From Lama glama (lineage: Eukaryota), in NCBI GenBank assembly GCA_028534125.1, contig CM052839.1, positions 45,198,001 to 45,262,000 of the forward strand: a stretch of 64,000 nucleotides of DNA. Direction: 5' to 3'. The position numbers were made by a program, and so were the translations under genes. The notes below the pieces were generated by a model. It did not search any database and had not been told where the DNA came from. It worked only from the letters and a program-made list of their open reading frames with translations. This document shows positions 46,984 through 59,290 of the stretch, piece after piece. Every line of letters starts with the position of its first letter. Position 1 is the first letter of the stretch.

Positions 46984-49889
46984 TCAGGGCCCAAGGCCTT
47001 GACCTCTCTCTCCTGGACCCTGGGCTGCCGGGCCCTGGTCATCCTGGCTGGACACTAACTGCCAGTGGCGAAGCGTGGTGGGTGCAGGCCAATTTCGACC
47101 TGGCCCTGGACTGAGCAAGGCCCCAGCACGCTTGGAGCGGGATGACCACCCCACCTTCCCAGGCGCTCGAGAGGGCAGCCTGCCACGCATCTGCCCACAG
47201 CCCCTGAGGAAGTGCCTCTGTCACTGTCCCCACCTCCTGGAGAGTCAGGCAGGAGCCACTGAGGCAGGCGGGATTCCAGCCAAGCAGGTGGGGTCTGGGC
47301 CCAGGCTGTCCTGTGCCCCGACGCCAGCGCCTTGTGACCTGCTGAGCTCTCCGGTTGCCGTCCCCGGGGGGTTGGGTCCTGGGGCTCGTGGCACAGCAGC
47401 TATTTCAGAGGCCCCTCGGCCCTCTCCAGAGTTCATGGGGCAGTGGAGCCTTCTGGAACCTGCTACCACCGCCGCCAGGAAAGGCCTCCCAGTGGCCTGC
47501 GGGTTGCAAGCTGGCCAGGCAGTGGCTGGAGGGGTCTACCTTCCTCCTAATAGAGAAGTCACGGGTCAAAGATTGCAGCTCAACCCTGCAGCAGGAGCAG
47601 GGCTGCGTCTTGCTTCCGGACCCCGGGCATGCCCCCAAGCTGCTCCAGGCCTCGGGCTCCTCATCTGTGAAGTGGGGAGACCCCTGCCTGCCCTGTCCCT
47701 TCGCAGGGTGGTACAAGGAGCCATGAGGGAAGGAGATGGTGGGAAAGGGTGCTGGACCCTGTGTTGGGCCTCGAGCTAGGGCCTCCACGTGTCCCCCGTG
47801 ATGGCCAGTTCCCACAGCCAGCACGGGCGGTGGGGTGGGGGTGGTCAGCTGGGATCAGAGGCAGGTCCAGGCCATGAAGGCCCACAGGACAGGCCCCACC
47901 ACCTTGCATCTTGAGCTGAGACCCTGAGTCCCCTCTCCCACTCTGGAATCTCAGGGTCTACCCTGGAGAGAAGGGAGGCCCTGTCTGCCACTGGGGGCCC
48001 TGCCAGGGGCCAAGTCACCCGCTTTGTGGAGGAGGGACTGGGCCAAATTCCAGGCCAGGTCTGGCCAAGCCTGCGGTTGACACCCTGACAGCATGGCGCT
48101 GTGGGTGCCTGGGCTGGGCTGTTCGTCACCCCCTCCCACCGCACTGCTCTCTGGGGCACCCCCACAGCCCCGGCACGAAGGCTGGGGAGTGCGATCAGAG
48201 CTGGAGATAGCAGTGAGGCAGGGCCTGGGCCTCAGGCTGCAGCTGGCGTGTTTATAGTGCCTGACCCAGGGCCAGGAATGGCACCACACCTGGTGTGCCA
48301 AGCCCGGGGTGGGAGGGGGCTGTGGGGCACCACACAGAGCTGACCCTGAGGCCCCCTGCCCGGCCTCCTGAGGTGCTCCCAGTGCCTGAAAATGCCCTGC
48401 GTCTTCGTCTCCCCTCCTAGAAGAGAGCCCCCGCCTTCCCCTTCAACTTCAGTGCCCTCCACAACCAAAGCCGGCCAGAACTCTAAGGCCGAGCTGAGAC
48501 CCCCACAGACACCCACACATCCTCAGTACTGCTGTGTCCCAGACGCCCCTTCCAAGGCTGGCAGGGGCCTCCCCTGACCCCAGACCACCCTGGACCACCC
48601 ATGTGGCCCTGCTGGGGGCTGCTGTCTGCATTTAGGCTCCCAGAGTAAATCACCAAATTCAGGCGCTGAGTGAGGAAAAGGCTTCGTCGGCTGGAGGGAG
48701 GTGCGAAGGGGTGATGGAGGCAGTAGTGGCCCATCGGGATCGGGGCTGGGCACGGGGGCCCAGAGCTGGCTCAGCACGCCCGTCTGAGTCGCTGGGTCTG
48801 GGGGCCTTGGACCCTCTGTCGTGCCAGGCCCTTCCACCCTGTTCCCCGCCAGCACCAGGCGCCCTGCGGTCAGTGAGTGGGTCTCAGCCTCCCCTGCTGA
48901 TGCCCGGCTCCCCGCCATGCTCTCAGAGGCCCCCGCCACAGGCACACGTGCTCATCCCTGCAGACCCAGCTGTGTCGGGCTGCCCCTCCCCTAGGCCTCC
49001 CGGGGGTACACCCAGCACCCAGGGCCGCCCCTTGTCCTGTGGAAGACAAGGCCCCATCTCTCACCAAGCAGCTTGGGCAGCTCCGGCCCAGCTGGGCGCC
49101 CACACCCCCTCTCTCCTGCGCAGCTCACCTCCGCCTGGCTTCCCACGAGGGTTCTGGGAGGCAGCTCAGCTGGGGGTGCTCAGGGGCTGTGGGGTCCCCC
49201 ACTTTTATGCCTATGGCTTCCCAGTCTGTTTACAGCTTGGGGCTGCAGCAGTTCCCCTGCCTCCCCCACACTCCAGCCTGGCACCAGCTGCCCCCAGGGG
49301 CTCTCTGGCACTTGGCGTGTCTGCACCAGGCTGGGCAGACTGACCATCAGTGGCGCCCGGCCGCCCCGAGCCCGGGGGTGGAGGAGGAGAGCGATGGTAC
49401 CAGCGAGCGAGTGGACTTTCTGGCTTTCCCATGAGGTTCTACCCTGCCTACTGGCGTCAGGGGGGTGACGGGGTGGCGGCCCAGGACACAGTCCAGGGGT
49501 GCAGGCTGGCCTGCATGTGCGGGACGATTGGGTCTCCTCCAGTAAGCAGCCAGTCTTTTGTCCCTGAGTCACTGCGGGGGTCCGGAGAGCCACGCCGGAG
49601 CTGGCCATCAAGGCGAAGAGAGGAGAGAGAGGTCTCTGTTGCGCAGGGTGGTCCCTGGGGGCCCAGGGAGCAGGGCTGTATGACCCCAGGGGGAGAAGAG
49701 GGGACCAGACCGGGACACATCACCAAGAGTCCCTCCTGGCCGTGGCCTACCTGGAGGGGGACGCCTCACTATCTGTTTGCTGTCTTGGCCTCAGTATCTC
49801 ACAGCACGGTGCCCCGGGTGGTGCAGACGTCTGCATGGCCTCTTCCCGACCCCCATCACCAGCTGTCCCCTGTGGGGTTTCTGCCCCGT

Positions 49890-50566
49890 CAACTTACATG
49901 GTGCTCACGTGGCTCCGAGATCCACCTTCTTCTCCTGAGAGTTTATAGCGCGTCCGCCAAGACTCTGCAAGGCTATGATGCAAAGCATCTCCGGGTTCGG
50001 CCTGGAGTGGGTCCCAGCACTTGTCCTCAGAGGTGCGGTACGAGACCGGGTGGGAGGATGGGGACAAACGATGGATGACTCCACAGTCCCGCCACGTTCT
50101 CAGAACGGTTACCCGAAAGCTTCCCAGCCAAGCCTGGGTGCCCTCACACCCCCCTGCACACCCACCCTACACTGCGGTCTGGTCCCCCGCAGGCAGCGCT
50201 GATATCGCTCAACGCGTCTGTCCGTCCGGTGGACCGTTTCCCGGAAGGAGGCCCCGACACTCGCCACAGCACGGATGAGCCCCGGCAGCCCCACGCGGAG
50301 GGAAGAAGGCCAGTCACAAAGGGCCGCAGCGTCCGCGATGCCGTTTGTGCAGACGAGGCGGCTCCACAGGGACAGGGAGCAGGTTGGGGGTTGCGGGGGG
50401 CCAGGGGAGAGGGGAATGGGGCTACTGTTTAAGGAGTGCGGGGTTTTATTCTGGAGTCATGACAATATTCTGGAACCAGATAGAGGTGGTGGTTGCACAA
50501 CACGGTGAATGCACCGAATGCCCCAGAATTGTCTGCATTAAAATGGTTTATCTTCTGTTATCTGAG
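49890..50566 (+). mobile_element. Ancient L1M (L1MB-like) 3' end fragment, GC-shifted
   Basis: gaaggccagtcacaaa; tagaggtggtggttgcacaacacggtgaatgcac...aaaatggtt are L1MB 3' terminus hallmarks; 5' boundary approximate. Confidence 0.8.
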
Positions 50567-51604
50567 CACCCCCAGCCCACCGCCTGGCCCCTGTGAGGAA
50601 GGGAGGCACTGCTGGCCTCTTCCAGGAGGGCGGGTCCATGCCCACCCCTGCTCGGGCTGTGAGAAGTGGGGTGGGGAGTGGGTGGACGGGCTACTGGACC
50701 AGCACCTGCTGGAGCTGCCAGATGGCCAGTCCCCCCCGGCAGCCCCTTCTCTTCTGGAGCCCCGGCCCCAGCTTACGGACGATCTTTGGCCTGAGCTGGC
50801 CTGGAGGGGTCACAGGGACCAGCTCCACAGCTCCAGCGACACCGTCATTCCCGATGCCCAGGCATGGCAGGCACTGCCCCCTCTGGTCTCTCGGCACTGA
50901 CTCCCTCCCTCACCCTGCCTGCCTGGAACAACTTCAGGGGAGCAGAGCTGGCCTGCTCTCGGCCCCTCCTGCTGCAGCCTGGGAACCCCTGGGGAGACCC
51001 CCGCAGCACAGCCCTGCCCCGTGACGTGAGTCTAGACACGGAAAGGGAATTAGTTCTTCCTCTCCAGGGAGCTGTTTTTATATAAAGACAAAGCTCTTTT
51101 AAGCCACAGTCTCCTCCCGGATCATGGGGTCTCCCCCTGGCTGGCTCAGAACACCAGGCAGCATCTTCTCCTTCCTGGGGAAGCCAGCACCTTGGTGGAT
51201 GCACCTGCCTTCCAAGGCCTCTTTGGCAAATGCCAGAGCCCCTCTCAGCCCGACTGGGCAGAGCACAGCTGTGGTGGGCAGGCTTGTTGGGGAGAAGTTC
51301 TTCTGAGGTTGGGGGACGGCCTTTCCCGTTGGCAGTGGCATACCTTCCCACGTCCTCCTCCCCTGCCCGCAGGCGGGGCCACATCCCGGTGCAGCAGGAG
51401 GGCTGGGTGGGGGGAGCCCCTGGGGGTGAGATTCTGTCAGGCAGGGGTGGCGCTGGGGCCCTGCACTATGCCGCCCAGCATATGGGTTTGGGGACGGAAT
51501 GTGGGGTGGCCTTTCATGCAGCAATGCTGATGGGGGTTATTACAGGAGGGACTCAAGAGGTGCTGGCCGGTCGTCCCCCCGACCCTGTCCTTGTGTCCTT
51601 TACA

Positions 51605-51770
51605 CACACAAGATACATCCGTGTCCTAATCCCAGTACCTGGATGGGAACATGCTGGGAACCAGAGTGTTTGCCGACGTGACCAGGCACTCCCTGGGCTG
51701 TGGACTGGACGGGCGTCAGGCCGACAGGTGAGAGTTCCTGGGCTTCCAGGCCTTAGGCTGCAGAGCGCCC
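51605..51770 (+). mobile_element. Possible MLT1 (MaLR) LTR fragment
   Basis: aagatacatccgtgtcctaatcccagtacctg...tttgccgacgtga resembles an MLT1 5' end. Confidence 0.45.
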
Positions 51771-51871
51771 AGCGCGGCTCCGCTCCGGCCTTGGTTCAAG
51801 GTTGGGGTAAGGAGCTCCTCGCGGATTCTCTAAGATATTGCACTAAAACCTTCCCGCCCTTGATCACCGAG

Positions 51872-52260
51872 TTTCTGACAGCTTTACTGAGATATGATTC
51901 ACGTGCTGTGAAGTTCGCTGTTTCAGAGTGTACACATCTGTGTTTTCAAGCGTAGTCACAGGGCCGTGCAACTATCACCTCGACACAATCCCAGGACATT
52001 TTTATCACCCCCAGAAGAGGCCTCGTCCCCCGGCCCCCCTGGCCTGGCTTCCTGTCTCTGCGGGTTTGCGCAGTCCAGGCCTTTCAGGTAAGCGGACTCC
52101 TGCGGTGTCAGTCCTCTTGCTTCCCTCCCTGAGCAGCGCGTCCGAGGTTCACCTCTCTGCAGCGCCCGTCTGCAGCGAGCCCTTTTCATTGCTCCTGATA
52201 TGCCACTGTTTGGTCTGTCAGCTTTTGTGTGTCCATTCATCTGCTGGTGGACATCATCAC
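51872..52260 (-). mobile_element. Ancient L1M (L1MB-like) 3' end fragment
   Basis: acagctttactgagatatgattcac...gtgcaactatcacc...ccaggacatttttatcacccc. Confidence 0.8.
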
Positions 52261-53599
52261 TGAGTTTCTGGTGACCCATAGAGCCTCCCTTACCTCGCAA
52301 GCCCTGGTTGGCCCCCACCCTGGCCCCACCCTGCTTTGGATGCGGGACACCCCAGCCCCTGCCCACCCCCCTCAGGCCTGGCCCCTGCCCAGGCTGTGGA
52401 GGGCTCGGGGCCATCTTGCCTCCCCCCAGGCTGGGAGGACACATCTTCAGGGACCTCTTGCCACTGTGGGGTTGGCAGAAGCCAGCCCTATAGAAACCCT
52501 GGGGCAGGCTGGCCACCGGTCACCCTCAGATTGGCAGGGCCGCCCCTCCCACCCTCACTCCTGCATGCCCTGGCCCGAGCACTGGAGGAGCAAGGCGGGG
52601 AGAGCCACGGCTCACAGTGGGGGCTTTCCGTCCTTTCTCAGAGCTGGGGGGCGAGATGTTGGGGACAGGCCCTTCTGTGTGCCAGTGTGCCAGCCTGTGC
52701 ACGTGTGTGTGTTCACAGGCAAACCCGTGTCACAGAGGTCTTCACAGGGGGCCTTCTCCCCCTGGTCACTGAGGCTGGCCATGGCAGTGCAGTCTGAACA
52801 GAGACAACTTAGGGCCACTGGCCATTTCGCCTGCTTGTCCCCAGGGAGCCCCCCTACCCACCCTGCTGCGAGGAGGTCCGGGTGTCTGGGCACCTTCCTG
52901 GGGAACAGAGGCGGGCGCGCCACATGGGGGTGGGCAGTTTTGAGCTCCCCTCCTAGGTGGGAAGGGGAGACACCCCTCTACGGACCCAGCCCCCCACACT
53001 GGCGCGCTCCTGTGTTTCAGCTCTCAGCCATCCTTTCCACGGGTGGCCGCTGCCCCTCCGCCCCGTGGGGTCGGAGCCCCTTCTACCGGCTGCACCCTCC
53101 GCTGGCCACGCCCCCTGTGGCTGGCTCCGCCCCCGCACGGCGGCCCGTGGAGCAATGCTGCTGGGAGTAGTGTCCACACAATCAGGGCCAGAGAGAAGGG
53201 TCTCGAGGTCCTATCCTCGTCCACAGGCCTAAGGCCACTGGGGCTGCCACAGCAGGGGACCCCGAAGGTATGAGAGGAACGGGGGAGGCCCCTTCCTTTG
53301 CCCGTGGAGGGACTGTCTACAAAGCGGCCACCCTCCCCCGAGGGGCCTGCCCTCGCCGTCCTTCCTCTGCCCCTGCCCACCCCTCGCCGTGGAGCCCTGC
53401 GCTCCGCAAGGCCTTTCGGGCCCCTTCTTCTGCCCCACAACCCCCTGCCCTCCAGCGGGCTCGGCCAAGCCGCTTTGCTCATCTGGCCAGAGAATGAATG
53501 GACGGGTGAGAAAGTGAGTGACCCACGTTATGTAAAACTCAAATCTCGAACTCTCTCTCCCGCCCCTGGGAGGTGGGGAGGGGCCGGTGTCCAGCCCCC

Positions 53600-54790
53600 C
53601 CTGCCCTCTTGCAGCCGCCGCATCCGTGCAAGATGGCGCGGCAGGGCGCGCGGCGGGCAGGAAGGGGATAGTCCCTCGGTGCCCGGCGCCGCCGCGCCAG
53701 CCCTAAACGCCGGGCGCTGTTCTCTCCCAGGCGGGGGCGGCCGCTCCTCCACGGTTGTCGCAGCGTGGCACAGGCGCGGGCGGGCGGTTTGTGCAAAAAT
53801 AGCCCCCCCCGCCCCGCCGGCGCTGGCGCCGCCCAAAGGGCGCGGGGCCGGAGCTGCCTCCGAAACTGGCGTGTACGGGCGGCTTGCGGGGCCCCGACCC
53901 CCGCGCGCAGGGACCCGCGCCTCCCGGCCACCCCGCACGCGCTTTCGCATTGCTTCTGCGTGCCATCGTGCCCACCCCCGCGCGCGCCGCCGTGCCCCGC
54001 GCCTTCCCGCTCCCCGTCCCCCCGGCCTCCCTGCCGACCCCCGCGCCTCCAGGTGCCCCCTCCCGGAGTCTCCGTCCCCCTACCCAGTCTGTGCACCTTT
54101 CGCCTCCTAGCACCCCTCCCCCACCCTGCGTGACCCAGAGCCTCCGGGTCTCCCATCTTGCGTCTCTGTGCCCCCACCCGCGCCTCAGTGTCCCCCTCCC
54201 CGTGTCTCCGTCTCTCTGCGTGCACCTTCCACCTCCCAGCGCCCCCCCCCGGTCTCCGTGCCACCCCCGCGTCTCCCGGTCTCCCATCCTTCGTCTCTGT
54301 GTCCCCCCCGTGCCTCCGTGCCCCACGACTCCGTGTCCCCCCAGCCTTCTGTTTCCCCCTCCGCGCGGCTCCGTGCCCCCCCCAGCCGGGTAGGGAGCCC
54401 CCCCCCCGTGCGCGCTCCCGCCGGTGTTTTCGGACTGCACCAGCCCGGGAGCCCCGCGGCGCCGCGGCCGGCTGGGGGAGGCGCCTCGCCTGTCGCCGCC
54501 GCCCGCACCCGCACCCCGCCGGCCCCGCGGCTGCGGCTGTGGGCGCTCGGCGGGACCCGGCGGCCAAGGCGCGCTCGCACCTGCGGCGGGGCGGCCGTTC
54601 GGGTGATGGCGCGGCGCAGACCGGGGCCGCGGGCGTCCTGATCGCAGCGCCCGCCGGGGGATGCCCAGCCGCGGTGCTGGCCCTGGCCATGTCGTCGTCC
54701 TTCTTCAACCCCAGCTTCGCCTTCAGCTCGCACTTCGACCCTGGTGAGTCCGCTGGCCGCACCCCTTGCCAGCCCTCTGCCCGCTGCGGC
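53600..54790. promoter_or_regulatory. CpG island / AATK promoter and 5' UTR
   Basis: Dense CpG and GC boxes in two lobes (about 53600-54050 and 54360-54790) directly upstream of and over AATK exon 1. Confidence 0.85.
54689..54743 (+). CDS. AATK: AATK exon 1 coding part (opposite strand to exons 2-14 in this assembly)
   Basis: GCCATG context; MSSSFFNPSFAFSSHFDP G|gtgagt; the phase-1 G plus exon 2 AC restores [11 protein letters not shown]. Confidence 0.96.
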
Positions 54791-56529
54791 TGCCCCTAAC
54801 CTGCAGACTGCGGACATGATGCTTCCTGAGCCGCCGGTTTTCTGTTTTGCATGGAAATTAACCCTTTCCCCACTCTGAGCGGAGCCGCAAAAGGAACAGC
54901 TTTCTGGACAGGACCCCCTAGAGGCCCGGATCTGTGGCGGTGGGCAGGCCTTGGGGCTGGGACCTGCACAGCTGAGGCCTCCAGCAGCGCGGGTGGGCAG
55001 TGGGGGCACTGCCCTGTGTCCGTGGAAGCTTCCAGCTCAGGTAACTGGGGCAGGAGGGCCCGCATTGGCCCCAGTGTCCCGGGGAGGAGGTAGCCAGGAC
55101 TAAGGGCCCTAGGAGGTGTGGGAGTGTGGCCCCCCAGGCCCAGGCTGCCATGGCCCCTTGCCGGCCTGCGGTCTTAGCGCGGGAGGCTCCTCCCAGGCTG
55201 GGAGCAGGCTCTGGGGAGCCCTGCCAGGCTACCCAGCCAACTGCATGGGGAGGTGGGAGTGGTGGTCAGCCCACAGGACAGAGCCCACTGGACAGCGGCG
55301 CAGCAGAGACGGGCCTTCATGGATGCCCAGGCCCTCGGGACAGAGAGGGAGGCCGAGGTGGTGCTGTCAAGCTAGTGGTAGGGGACCTGCGGCCTGGCCC
55401 CTTGTTCCGCCAGGCTGGTGGCCCTGGCAGCCTGCTTACTGGGGCTGCCTGCCCTCCTGGCAGCAGCTGGCATCTGTGGTGCTGGGCTTTCTCCCCTGTG
55501 CCTTCACCAGTCCTGCCCGCCCCCCGCCCCCTTGGCTCAAGTGAGAGAGAAACCCCTGCCCTGGAGCCATGGCCCAGGGGCCCAGGGGCCCACCCACATG
55601 TCACTGGGGCTCTGGCACAGGCTGCTCCAGCCAAAACAAAGCTGGGTGAGCACGTGACGGGCCCTGCTGGGTCCCCGTCCCTGAAGCAGGGCCCAGTTCG
55701 TGCAGTGATGCACAGGGTCCCCAGGGCATGGCCCTATCTGAATGCATTTGCTCCTGGCCGGGGAGCTGACAGCAAGTTCGTCTGCTGGGCGTAGGGTGTG
55801 GGTGTCACTCGCTCAGAAATGACTTCCCAAGGCGACTCTCAGGGCTTGGACAACACGGTGTCACCCGTGGATGGCCCAGAATCTGGCAGTGACAGCCCTG
55901 GCTGGGCTCTGAGGGTAGGGCTGGAAGTGGGGGTGGAGGTGGCCCTGCAGAGCAGTCCCAGGCCCAGACAACCTTTAGGTGTTCAGGTGGCTCCAGGCGG
56001 GTGTGCCAGGTGGGGTGGCTGCTGGCAGGCGAGGGTCCGACCTAGGAACCGTTGGCGGAGGCGGGTTGTATGAGCCAGGACTGACCCAGGGATGGGGCCC
56101 GCCCTCCCCCACGCCCTGCCTCTGTGCTCTCCGTGGGGCCTGGACTTACCTGTGTGCGTTCAGTTACCCTCCCCTGACACACACCGGCAGGAGACCCTTC
56201 CCCCATTTTCGAACAGAGCTTTGCTCCTCTTCAAATATTTGTCTAAACAGCTGTGATCAGTGTAATTATAATGTGTCAGTTTGAGGACTTACAAGGGAAA
56301 AAGCTGGCAGGAGGCAAGGGGGTCTCCTCTTTGCAGGTGGAGTGAAGGGGAGAGCGGTGCCCCTTGGGGCGGGCCGCCCTAGATGGTGGTGATGGGTTGT
56401 GGGCTCGGCGCAGGCCTCCTGTTGGCCCCCACGTGGGCACTGGGGTGGAAGAGAGGTGGGGTCTCCTACCCTCCCGCTAAATGCCCAGTGTTCAGAGCCT
56501 GGCTCCCACTGCCTGGAGTCCCCCTGCCC

Positions 56530-56645
56530 AACGTTGCCTCCCTGAGCCTCAGTTTTCTCATTGGTAAAATGGGGTAGTGACACCTACCCAGCCCCCCGGG
56601 CTCTGTTAGGGGTGAAGGGCCTGGTGAAAACTTGGCACTCAATGA
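56530..56645 (+). mobile_element. MIR SINE core fragment
   Basis: cctccctgagcctcagttttctcattggtaaaatggggtagtga. Confidence 0.75.
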
Positions 56646-57644
56646 ACACAGACTGCTATTTTGGAGGGGGGTGGTGCATTCAGACAAGGCCACAGTGGCA
56701 GATGGCTTTCCTCCAAAGCAGAGCGAGATGGTTCTTTTTGAGGTTGGCTCCTGTCTAGGGGGCTACTTTGCTTGAAGTCCACCAAACTCAGAGGGCGGGG
56801 GACACTCATGTGCATGGCTCTCTTGGAGCTTGTTTCTGTGGTCACTCAACACTCAGGGGTGGACATAGTGACTCGGGCCCAGGAAGGGAGTCCTCACAAT
56901 GTCACCAGGCCAGTTCTGCTGCCCACTGAGAGCTCTGCGTCCATCATGGGCTCTGTGGCATTTCCCATAGAGGTGGTGACAGTGGTGGCTGTTGCAGAGA
57001 GAGTGACGAGGGCTGAGGTTGAGGCCGAGGCCATGGGCACCCGCTTGAGGGGGCTGGGAGCCTCATTTTAACCCAGCGCCTGCCTAGGCCACCTCTCCAA
57101 CATGGGCAGGGCAGGCGGCTCGAGGGGGCCAGGCCCGAGTGTGTGCTCCTGGGGCGATGGGCCGGCGCAGGTGGGAGTCTGGAAGGGCTGCCTCCTCTGG
57201 GGTCCAGGATGTGTGTGACCCTGGGGGATTTCTGGGCAGTCACAGCCCTGTCACCTCGGTGCTGTGTAGCCTTGGGCCAGTCACTCAACCTCTCTGCCAC
57301 TTAGCCTTGCATAGGTGGAACCTCACTCTGGGGAGACCAGGTGGGTGGTGCCTGGAAGCCAGGAATGGAGGGGTGATGAGGGTGCCCCATGGGAGTCAGG
57401 AGCAGCGGCTGGGGGAGGGCGTGTGGCCTCGAGGGGGCAGCTGCAGCGCTCGGAGGCAGGGGACCGCCTTGTTCCTCACCCTGCCAGCCTCAGGCCGACC
57501 GTGTGCAGCCCAGGACCGCAGCAAGTGCCTGGCAGGTGCACCTCAATTCAAGCTCCGTGGTTTCTGGGCAGGAGCCCAGCGAATCCGGGGCTTGCCTGGG
57601 GACCCCCTGGGGTAGGTAGTGGACAAGCCCTTCCCCAAAGCTGC

Positions 57645-57750
57645 GGCCGCCTCCGTGCCTCAGTTTCTTAATCTGTAGGTGGGAATGACTGTGGTGCCCT
57701 CCGCTGAGGGTCCTGTGCAGATGGCTGGGGTCGGTGGTGTGGCACACTGA
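57645..57750 (+). mobile_element. MIR SINE core fragment
   Basis: ctccgtgcctcagtttcttaatctgtaggtgggaatga. Confidence 0.65.
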
Positions 57751-58897
57751 GTCAGGGCTAGTCCCTAGGTGGTGCCAGTCAAGCCTGACCCTGGGGCAAG
57801 GGTCACTGCGGGCCAGTCGGCCCGACCTGGAGTTTGGGGAAGTTCACAGAAGACAAGGCAGCCCCCCCAGCCCCTAGCCTCTCGGTCACACTGCCCCCTG
57901 CCCATGTCCTCACCCTGTGCCTGGCCCCAGTGTGCGTGGCCCTGGTTCCGGGGTGAGCATGCCCGGGGACAGGGCAGAGGGAAGGGGCTCCGGCTGGGCA
58001 GGGGCTGAGCTGCCGGGGGACAGGTGCACCTGGGGACTTGAGGGCTGAGCAGGCACCCGAGAATGGGCTTGTGCGGCCCTGGGGGTCCCGCTCCCACGCT
58101 GATGGACACGTGCTGGCAGTGCGGCTGGAACTCGGTGACCCACTGCTGGCCGCCTGCTGCCCACGGGCCCTGGTTGAAGGCAGATGCTACCTGGGCCCCC
58201 AGACGGCCTTTCCCAGACCGGCTCAGGCCTGGAGGGGGGCAGCAAGGGCCTGCTGTTTGACCAGGGTCACCTCTTCTGCCCGTACCTCGCCCCAGGGTGG
58301 AAGGTTTGCCTGGGGGTGGGTCTGTGGGGGGCGGGCCGGCTCAGGACCAGGGGTAGGTCACAGCCCCCCCTCCCCAGGGCAATTTCTCTGCATTCTGGCA
58401 CATTCTCCAGGAAACCAGGCTGTGCCCTTCTCTCAAAGGGGCTGTTTCTCCCCCACGCACCCCTGCACCCACACAGCCCTGTGCAGCTCACACATGCACT
58501 CACACCCGTGAACACACACGAACGCACACATGCTCACAGATGCTCTGACCTGTGTGTAAACGTGATACACACACAGCCTGGGCTGGGCCGTGGCCACTGT
58601 GGCCTCCTGGGTGGAGGTCAGGGTCGTGGCTAGGGGGAAGCCGGATCCCCTGCCTCACCCTTGGCCCTCAGCCACCCCCACTGCCTCTCACTTTAGTTGG
58701 TGGAATGAGTCACAGAGTCACGGTGGCCTGAGGCTTGGGGAGCCTGGAGCCGTCTCTCCTGGTGGCTGTCACCTGGTCACCTTTTCCTGAGGGTGGGCCG
58801 TACCTGGCCCCTCCACCTGCAGTCACTGCCCCTGAGCAGTCTCCGTCCAGGGAAACGTACTCCTCCCCGTGCCCCACCTTCCCTAGCTCGAGGGGCT

Positions 58898-59290
58898 CCT
58901 GGGTGGACTAGCGTTCCCCCAGATTCATGCCCACCCAGAACCTCAGGACAGGAGCCTGTTTGGAAATACGGTACTTGGAGCTGTGGTAAGTTAAGATGAA
59001 GTCATCCTGTATCCTGGTGGCCTAAATCCACATCTGGGGTCCTTATGAGAGAGCAGAGAGAGATTCGGGGGGGCATCCAGTTCCCCATGATGTTGAGGGC
59101 AGAGCTGGGGTGATGCGGTCTTGAGCCAAGGATGCCCGGGGCCTCCAGAAGCTGAAAGAGGCAGGAAGGGTCGTGCCCTGTAGCCCCTGGAGGGCGCGTG
59201 GCCCTGATGTGGAACGTCCAGCCTCAGGACGTCGGACACTACACGTGCATCGTAACAGCAGCTCTGGACACTTCTGCAGGGCAGCTGTCA
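58898..59290 (+). mobile_element. MLT1 (MLT1C-like) ERVL-MaLR solo LTR in AATK intron 1
   Basis: attcatgcccacccagaacctcag...tttggaaata...gttaagatgaagtcat...gccaaggatgcc...ccagaagctgaaagaggcaggaagg. Confidence 0.85.
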
